Source: Candidatus Helarchaeota ASGARD archaeon Hel_GB_B (GTDB taxonomy: Archaea > Asgardarchaeota > Lokiarchaeia > Helarchaeales > HEL-GB-B). From it: a stretch of 8,160 nucleotides of DNA. This document shows, piece after piece, positions 1 through 5,742 of this stretch. Position numbers and translations under genes: made by a program. The stretch spans positions 1 through 8,160 of the forward strand of contig SUPR01000127.1 in NCBI GenBank assembly GCA_005191425.1, written 5' to 3'. Positions within the stretch are counted from its first letter, which is position 1; every line of letters begins with the position of its first letter. A model generated the notes under the pieces. The model had not been told where the DNA came from. It saw nothing but the letters and a program-made list of their open reading frames with translations, and made no database searches.

Positions 1-205
1 ATAATAATATTTATATTTATAATACATTTTTAAAATCATCTCATATTATGATTAAATAAAAATAATAGTTTGATATAAAAAAATCTTTTCTAATTTAGTC
101 GGAGAAAAAAAATTATATATTTATTTATATATTTTTGTCGGGCAAAGGTTTTTGTAAAATCTCGTAATAGATAGATTTTTTTGTAAAAGAAAGTAATTTT
201 AATAT

Positions 206-1120
206 ATGGTTGAAATTATCGGTTTAGGAGAAATAGTAATTGATCTGGTATCAAAAATTCCATATTTTCCAGAGCCCGATGAGAAAATTGATGCAATAAC
301 ACAAGTAAAATTTGCAGGTGGAGTTACTGCTAATTATGTTACAGCTGCGTCAAGGCTAGGCGTATTAACAGGATTTATGGGTGCTGTTGGAGATGATAAT
401 GATGGTGAATTTCTTATAGAGAACCTAAAAAAAGAGAAAATAGACTATACATTTACATTGAAAAAAAAGGGACTTACAACACCAATTAATTTTATAATGG
501 TCAATTTAAAAGGAGACAAAATTATTATCCAATCGCCACACATGCAGACTACAAAATTAGATTTAGAAGATATTAATGAAGATTATATTCAACAGGCTAA
601 ATTAATTCATACGACTGCTATACATTTAGATATTACTAAAAAGGCGATAGAAATAGCTAAGAAAAACGATTTAATTGTTTCATTTGATTTAGAAAAGCAG
701 ATTTCTATTCGAGGATGGGACATCTTAGCCCCAATAATTGAAAAAACGGATATTTTATGTCCAAATAAAGCTGGTGCAATGGAATTAACAAAAACAAGTA
801 CTCCAGAAGAGGCAGCAAAAGTATTGATTAAAAAAGGTCCAAAAATAGTGGTGGTCACGCTTGGTGCTAAAGGATGTTTAATTCAGACTAAAAAAGAAAA
901 AATAATCGTCCCCGCTTATGATATAGAAAAAATAATCGATACTACTGGTGCTGGAGATACATTTAACGGTGCATTTAGTGTTGGGTATTTAAAAGGGTGG
1001 ACGCTTAAAGAAATTGGGCAATTTGCAAACGCTGCAGCTGCTTTAAAAATTCAGAAAATGGGCGCCAGGACGGGGATGCCTACTTTTAAACAAGTAATGA
1101 ACTTTTTAGATCAAAATTAA
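206..1120 (+). CDS. PfkB/ribokinase-family carbohydrate (or nucleoside) kinase, 304 aa
   Basis: N-terminal GLGEIVID strand; PfkB signature 1-like GGVTANYVTAASRLG; GAVGDD; VVTLGAKG; PfkB signature 2 DTTGAGDTFNGAF with anion hole and catalytic Asp251; C-terminal ANAAAALKIQKMGA. Substrate cannot be assigned from sequence. Confidence 0.93.
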   Translation: MVEIIGLGEIVIDLVSKIPYFPEPDEKIDAITQVKFAGGVTANYVTAASRLGVLTGFMGAVGDDNDGEFLIENLKKEKIDYTFTLKKKGLTTPINFIMVNLKGDKIIIQSPHMQTTKLDLEDINEDYIQQAKLIHTTAIHLDITKKAIEIAKKNDLIVSFDLEKQISIRGWDILAPIIEKTDILCPNKAGAMELTKTSTPEEAAKVLIKKGPKIVVVTLGAKGCLIQTKKEKIIVPAYDIEKIIDTTGAGDTFNGAFSVGYLKGWTLKEIGQFANAAAALKIQKMGARTGMPTFKQVMNFLDQN

Positions 1121-1161
1121 TTGTAATTGAATACATTTAATTATTTTTAATTATGAAAATG

Positions 1162-1169
1162 AAAAAAAA
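1162..1169 (-). terminator. Oligo-T tract (T8 on minus strand) just downstream of the Roadblock gene; convergent T-rich tract TTATTTTT at 1141-1148 on the plus strand
   Basis: 52-bp gap between convergent stops (1120 and 1173) carries T-runs on both strands, typical of archaeal intrinsic termination. The AT-rich background lowers specificity. Confidence 0.4.
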
Positions 1170-1172
1170 GTA

Positions 1173-1739
1173 TCAAATACTACGAACAATTAATTCTTTT
1201 TGAATTGCTTCCACTATTTTTTGTATATTAATCTTAATAATTCCAAGATTATATAGTTCATCCTGTTCCAATAATATTACTACAAAACCAATATAATTTT
1301 CTGAATTATTGTCTATGGTTAAATTTTTTGGAAATGGTAATGGTGAAATAAAAAGTGTGCCTAAATTAGTTTCCAGTAATATTTCTTTAATTTTCACTGA
1401 TGTTATCTGGTCATTTGGCTGATTTTCATATAAGTTGGAACTTGAAAGTGGTCGAAAAACTTCGTCTTTCAAATTATGTGAAATATTAAATAATTGGACG
1501 CCATAAGCTCCCAATACATCAATATCAACATCATCTTTTTGGAATCCTGCTTCAATTAAAAGTCCTGAAATATCAAAAATAGCGCACCTTTTGAAATCTA
1601 GCTCAGATTCGGCCCAATTTAATATCTTTTTAATTTTATTTTCTTTTTCTTCAGATATTTTCTCGTATAATTTATTTAAATTCTGAATTCGACTTAATAA
1701 TTCATCAATATTCGTATTTTTTGCCATAATATAACCCAT
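1173..1739 (-). CDS. Roadblock/LC7 (MglB/LAMTOR-like) domain protein with N-terminal coiled-coil extension, 188 aa (start may be the second ATG at 1727)
   Basis: Roadblock element order is visible: helix (KIKKILNWAESEL), beta hairpin RCAIFDISGLLIEA, long helix DIDVLGAYGVQLFNISHNLKDE, strands IKEILLETNLGTLFISPL and YIGFVVILL, and terminal helix with the N-x-G motif (NLGIIKINIQKIVEAIQKEL, compare the generic NLGLVRLEMRRLAEKL). Confidence 0.72.
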   Translation of the reverse strand: MGYIMAKNTNIDELLSRIQNLNKLYEKISEEKENKIKKILNWAESELDFKRCAIFDISGLLIEAGFQKDDVDIDVLGAYGVQLFNISHNLKDEVFRPLSSSNLYENQPNDQITSVKIKEILLETNLGTLFISPLPFPKNLTIDNNSENYIGFVVILLEQDELYNLGIIKINIQKIVEAIQKELIVRSI

Positions 1740-1775
1740 TATTAATAAATAAAACCTTTTTATTTTTTTAAAAAA

Positions 1776-1785
1776 TATTTATAAA
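1776..1785 (-). promoter_or_regulatory. Candidate archaeal TATA box (TTTATAAATA) for the Roadblock gene
   Basis: Matches the archaeal TATA consensus, 37-46 nt upstream of ATG 1739, within the divergent 1740-2090 intergenic region. Chance matches are likely in AT-rich DNA. Confidence 0.35.
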
Positions 1786-2056
1786 AACTGCACGGCGATA
1801 AAAATTTCAATTTTTATCAATTTATTGACTAATATTAAGGAATATAATATAATATACCAATATGTAAAAAAGATATTAAATCTAAAAAATATTCTACAAT
1901 TAATTTGATGAATATTGATATTAAACTTATTAGTTTTAAATTTTTGAAAATTAAGATAAATAAATAAATTGATCAAAAAGTGCTTGTTTAAATTCAATTT
2001 TAATTTTGAGTCATTAATAAAAAATTTTATCAAAAAGGTTTAATGATTTTTATTTA

Positions 2057-2066
2057 TTTATAAATA
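2057..2066 (+). promoter_or_regulatory. Candidate archaeal TATA box (TTTATAAATA) for the ACD alpha gene
   Basis: Lies 25-34 nt upstream of ATG 2091, the spacing expected for a leaderless or near-leaderless archaeal transcript. The same 10-mer faces the divergent gene at 1785-1776. Confidence 0.4.
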
Positions 2067-2090
2067 AAATTAATTTTAATTTAAAAACAA

Positions 2091-3491
2091 ATGGAATTAA
2101 AAATGAGCAGAATTGATGATATTGAAGGTTTTTTCAATCCGCGGTCAATTGCAATATTAGGGGCGTCCCGGTCTCCCGCCAAATTTGGAAATGTATTTTT
2201 AAGATCATACCAATTAAGTGGTTTTGAAGGAAATATATATCCTATCAATCCAAATGCGGATGAAATCAATGGGTTAAAAACGTATCCTTCTATTAAAGAC
2301 GTCCCTAATGATGTTGACCTTGCAATAATTTCCACCCATCCAAGGGAAGTATTAAAACTAGTTAAAGATTGTATTGATAAAGGAATTAAACATATTATCA
2401 TATTTTCCGCTGGATTTGGAGAATTAGGAAAAGAAGGTAAAAAGAGAGAAGATCAATTACTTGAAATTATTAAAGGTAGAGCGTCTATAATTGGTCCTAA
2501 TTGTATTGGTATTTATGTGCCTTCTACAAAATTATCATTTTTTCCAGGAATACCATTAATAGAAGGTCCTGTATCTTTTGTTTCTCAATCCGGATTTATA
2601 TGTGCAACAATATCAAGGTGGGGGGCTATACGAGGAATTGGGTTCAGTAAAGTTATTTCTCTCGGAAATTCAGTTGACCTAACTATAAATGATTTTCTAG
2701 AATATTTTGAGAACGACCCTAATACAAAAATTATTAGTATTTATATTGAGGGCGTTAAAGACGGACGGAGATTTGTCGATTTAATAAGACGTATCTCTAT
2801 AAAAAAACCAATAATTATCTGGAAAACCGGTAATACGCCACTGGGAAAACAAGTTATTTCCTCCCACACCGGAAGTATTGGGGGCTCAAAAGAAATATGG
2901 AATAGTATTATTAAGAAAAATAAATTAGCTCAAGTAAGTTCAATAGAGGAAATTTTAGATTACTACCAAATTTTCTTAAATTTAGAACAATTTAAAAATA
3001 TTGGACAAAAAATCTGCCTAATAGCATCACAAGGAGGATTAATTTCTAATACTACGGACATCTTTGAAGAAAATGGATTGAAATTTGCAAATTTAAGTCC
3101 TTCCACTATAGACAAATTGAAACAAATAATTCCCGATTATGGTACTAACGTTGTCCCGAATATGCCTATTGATATTAGTATAGCAGCCGCGCTTGATATG
3201 GATTTATATGTGAGAGTTGCAAAAGTTGCTATAAATGACCCCAACGTAGATATTCTAATTATTCTAGGCTCTATGGAAATTACTAGTGAATTAACAAAAG
3301 ATCTTTTAAAATTAAAAAATAAGTCCAATAAACCAATTATTTTGGTCCAGCCCGTAATTCCATACCGATTATCAAAATTTGAATTAAAATTGAGAACTAA
3401 TGGAATTTGTGTGTTTTATACAGTAAATAACGCCGTAAAAGCATTATTGGCTTTATTTAGATTTTTAAAACATTCCAAGCAAAATTCATAA
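2091..3491 (+). CDS. ADP-forming acyl-CoA synthetase / acetate-CoA ligase alpha subunit-like protein (AcdA-like), 466 aa
   Basis: CoA-binding Rossmann start FFNPRSIAILGAS and IYPINP; SAGFGE; IIGPNCIG; VSQSG; SLGNSVD; YIEG; phospho-histidine motif SSHTGSIGG (His259); second flavodoxin-like ligase domain (QGG...GL...NVVPNMPIDI). No ATP-grasp domain. Alternative start ATG at 2103. Confidence 0.9.
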   Translation: MELKMSRIDDIEGFFNPRSIAILGASRSPAKFGNVFLRSYQLSGFEGNIYPINPNADEINGLKTYPSIKDVPNDVDLAIISTHPREVLKLVKDCIDKGIKHIIIFSAGFGELGKEGKKREDQLLEIIKGRASIIGPNCIGIYVPSTKLSFFPGIPLIEGPVSFVSQSGFICATISRWGAIRGIGFSKVISLGNSVDLTINDFLEYFENDPNTKIISIYIEGVKDGRRFVDLIRRISIKKPIIIWKTGNTPLGKQVISSHTGSIGGSKEIWNSIIKKNKLAQVSSIEEILDYYQIFLNLEQFKNIGQKICLIASQGGLISNTTDIFEENGLKFANLSPSTIDKLKQIIPDYGTNVVPNMPIDISIAAALDMDLYVRVAKVAINDPNVDILIILGSMEITSELTKDLLKLKNKSNKPIILVQPVIPYRLSKFELKLRTNGICVFYTVNNAVKALLALFRFLKHSKQNS

Positions 3492-3535
3492 AACAAATTA
3501 TTTTTTAAAAATTAATGAAAATAAAAAAAGAAGGA

Positions 3536-3685
3536 CTATTCAATAGTTCTCTCTTTAAATATATTTCTTATAGCCATTTTAACCAATTCGAGCCGTTCTA
3601 TTGTTTCATTATCTAATTTTATTTCGATATTCTGTAATTCAGATCTATATAGTTCAGACAATGCTTTTAATTTATCTAATAACAC
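3536..3685 (-). CDS. Small hypothetical protein, 49 aa (MLLDKLKALSELYRSELQNIEIKLDNETIERLELVKMAIRNIFKERTIE); not in the supplied ORF track
   Basis: Open frame from GTG 3685-3683 to TAG 3538-3536. Strong archaeal SD AAGGTGAT (3697-3690) lies 4 nt upstream. Composition is protein-like, amphipathic and L/E/K/I-rich. It fills an otherwise unexplained ~295-bp gap and is followed by a T7 tract. Confidence 0.7.
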   Translation of the reverse strand: MLLDKLKALSELYRSELQNIEIKLDNETIERLELVKMAIRNIFKERTIE

Positions 3686-3689
3686 TACT

Positions 3690-3697
3690 ATCACCTT
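3690..3697 (-). promoter_or_regulatory. Shine-Dalgarno AAGGTGAT for the small ORF
   Basis: Complementary to the archaeal 16S 3' end (AUCACC), 4 nt before GTG at 3685. Confidence 0.65.
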
Positions 3698-3766
3698 TAT
3701 TTAATTTCACTGACCTTTTAATATTTCAAATAAGGTAATATCTCAGTGTTATTCAGACAAGAGTAG

Positions 3767-3775
3767 AAAAAAAAA
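3767..3775 (-). terminator. Oligo-T (T9) archaeal terminator candidate downstream of the GDPD gene
   Basis: Minus strand reads TCCTCTTTTTTTTTCT, with the T run starting about 12 nt after the TAA at 3787. Confidence 0.5.
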
Positions 3776-3786
3776 GAGGAAAGCAA

Positions 3787-5316
3787 TTAATTTTTGAGTT
3801 CTTTTTTCTCTGAAAAATATTTAAAAATAAATATTGAACTTAACCCAAATGCATAAAGGACTATCCAAATACCGTAGTAGGAAAAAGTCGATAAATACCA
3901 GCTTGGTTGATTCATTATAACAAAATTGTGGGCTTCGTTTGTAGTTATATATGTAGCACCTAAACACCAAAGTTGGGAAAATGTTGCAAGAATATCTACA
4001 GTCCATAAATTCACTTTAATTCCCGATTTATAATATGATTTTAAAACATTGAATGGAACGGAATAATGTGAATTGATCATATCATACCCTAATGCTAAGA
4101 ACTCTTGGACGGAAGGAGGGTTTTTCGGATCGATACTCAATGCCGTTATCATATTTGGATAATTATTTTTAACGTAGTTTAGGTTGGTATAATTTCCTGA
4201 AGTTATCCAAACTAAACTTTGGTTAATGCCCGATTTATTTATTGTATATAGCGTTAAATTAAATAATTGAGAATAATATGGATGAGTTTGCGCCGGATAT
4301 TTGAAGTCGACATCTAAAATCAAATTATTATCTCTACAAAAATTCAATACTTCTTCTAAAGTAGGAATTGATACATTTGTTAAATAGTAATTTATCATTG
4401 TTTGATTGATCAAACCTTTTTTAATTGATCCATATGGGTCTCTTTCAACAAACCAAGCACCAGCATTGAGTTTCATTAAATCTGAGAAATTAAAAGAAGA
4501 TGCATCGTCATTTACACGATTGGGAAATACTTTGTCAACATTTGTGGTGCGTTTTAATGTGTCATCATGCATCAAAAATAGCTTACCATCAAGACTTATT
4601 TGAGTGTCTATTTCAATGCCGTTTGCTCCGTGCTCTTTAGCTAATTTCCAAGCAATATATGTATTTTCAGGAGCCAAATGGGATAATCCTCTATGTGCAA
4701 TTAGTTTTGGTTTCGGTGGAATTTGGTCAGTAACATTTGGTGGGACGACTAAAAATGGGAGAATAAAAGCAATGATGTAACCTATAATAATTAAACTAAG
4801 GAATGTTATACCTTTAATTTTGTGATAACTGGCTGTTTTTGTAAATTTTCTAAATTTATTGTAGATTGTAGGAATAATACTTATTAGAATTACAATTAAA
4901 ATCATGTAGATAATGATTATATTGTCCATAATTAATGACCCAATTATTGCTGCTTCCTCTCCGAATAAAACTATTAAAATTATCAGTAAAAAATCAAAAA
5001 ATGCCAGAAAAATTATTGATACGACTTTATTAACAATATGTGGTTTTACTTTTTTCGACCGGATTAATTGAATCAAGCTTAAAATGATTATTATCCCGGA
5101 GTATATCAAAGGTATCGAAATTATTAAAATTAAAATATATACGAAATTTATTTGTAATGTCCCGACCATATCACCCAAATAATAGTTAAAATCTGCCCAT
5201 AGAGGTTCAATGGCTAAAACTAATAATTCAATGATTAATATATTAAAAAATGTTATTATAAAAAAAATTAGCCATCCAAATTGTCTCTTAACATTATTTG
5301 AATTTTCTTTTTTCAT
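3787..5316 (-). CDS. Six-transmembrane glycerophosphodiester phosphodiesterase (GDE2/GDE3/GDE6-like), 509 aa
   Basis: GDPD motifs LIAHRG (H208/R209), APENT, GIEIDTQIS (E235/D237), LMHDDTLKRTT (H250), IPTLEEVL, VNLWTVD and ITTN. Five hydrophobic helices precede the domain (about aa 13-36, 56-85, 98-118, 132-152, 169-191) and one follows it (about aa 480-498). The GDPD call is firm; the subfamily call rests on recalled similarity. Confidence 0.92.
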   Translation of the reverse strand: MKKENSNNVKRQFGWLIFFIITFFNILIIELLVLAIEPLWADFNYYLGDMVGTLQINFVYILILIISIPLIYSGIIIILSLIQLIRSKKVKPHIVNKVVSIIFLAFFDFLLIILIVLFGEEAAIIGSLIMDNIIIIYMILIVILISIIPTIYNKFRKFTKTASYHKIKGITFLSLIIIGYIIAFILPFLVVPPNVTDQIPPKPKLIAHRGLSHLAPENTYIAWKLAKEHGANGIEIDTQISLDGKLFLMHDDTLKRTTNVDKVFPNRVNDDASSFNFSDLMKLNAGAWFVERDPYGSIKKGLINQTMINYYLTNVSIPTLEEVLNFCRDNNLILDVDFKYPAQTHPYYSQLFNLTLYTINKSGINQSLVWITSGNYTNLNYVKNNYPNMITALSIDPKNPPSVQEFLALGYDMINSHYSVPFNVLKSYYKSGIKVNLWTVDILATFSQLWCLGATYITTNEAHNFVIMNQPSWYLSTFSYYGIWIVLYAFGLSSIFIFKYFSEKKELKN

Positions 5317-5495
5317 AATTTAAATATCTTTAATAGAATTAAAAAATATTTTGAATCTTTTTAACCCTCATTTAAAAAGTAAAATGCAGAAAATTAGAGA
5401 CTTTTTGAGCAACGGTTCAATCCGATATCATTGTAAGATGCAAGATAGAAATATTATTAATATAGGAATAATTTCTTGCTAAAAAGAAGTTATAG

Positions 5496-5540
5496 AGGTA
5501 ATATTACCTTATAAATTGTCCAATTGCCATAATATTGTGG
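5496..5540. promoter_or_regulatory. Pair of 14-bp palindromes (AGGTAATATTACCT 5496-5509; CCATAATATTGTGG 5527-5540), candidate operators in the divergent GDPD/flavodoxin intergenic region
   Basis: The first is a perfect palindrome and the second has one mismatch. Both have a TAATATT core, and their centres are 31 bp apart. Confidence 0.3.
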
Positions 5541-5742
5541 TCAAATTATTACAGCAACAGATTTCCAATTCATCGTAGTTTTTTTATTTATTATCCATTC
5601 TACTCCAAGTTTAAATCATTAAAATATTAATTTTTTAATCGGAAATTTATTATTTATAACCCTATTTTTTTGTAATCATTAATTTTAAAAACAATTATTA
5701 AATCCTTTTTTTCTTGAAAAAATTTGAAAAATGTGATTAACA

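Noticed and set aside
607-858. 83-aa minus-strand ORF
   Set aside because: Entirely antisense to the well-supported PfkB gene, with no motifs; a shadow ORF.
1779-2033. 84-aa minus-strand ORF in the divergent intergenic region
   Set aside because: F/I/N/K/L-dominated translation typical of AT-rich non-coding DNA; no SD, and it overlaps promoter-like elements.
2081-3328. Minus-strand ORFs 2081-2401 and 3137-3328
   Set aside because: Antisense shadows of the ACD alpha gene.
3700-3760. CUGA boxes suggesting a C/D-box sRNA
   Set aside because: No box C (RUGAUGA) at a suitable position on either strand.
3821-4603. ORFs 3821-4006 (-, alternative frame) and 4406-4603 (+)
   Set aside because: Nested in or antisense to the GDPD gene, with no recognisable features.
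3730-5512. 12-bp inverted repeat (3730-3741 / 5501-5512) bracketing the GDE gene, read as transposon-like terminal repeats
   Set aside because: No transposase, no target-site duplication seen, and a 12-mer that is 10/12 A/T is plausible by chance; kept only as a possible shared operator.
5535-5575. ATGA...GA arrangement on the minus strand resembling a eukaryote-like SECIS core
   Set aside because: The stem next to the putative core does not pair, and no gene in the window has an in-frame UGA.
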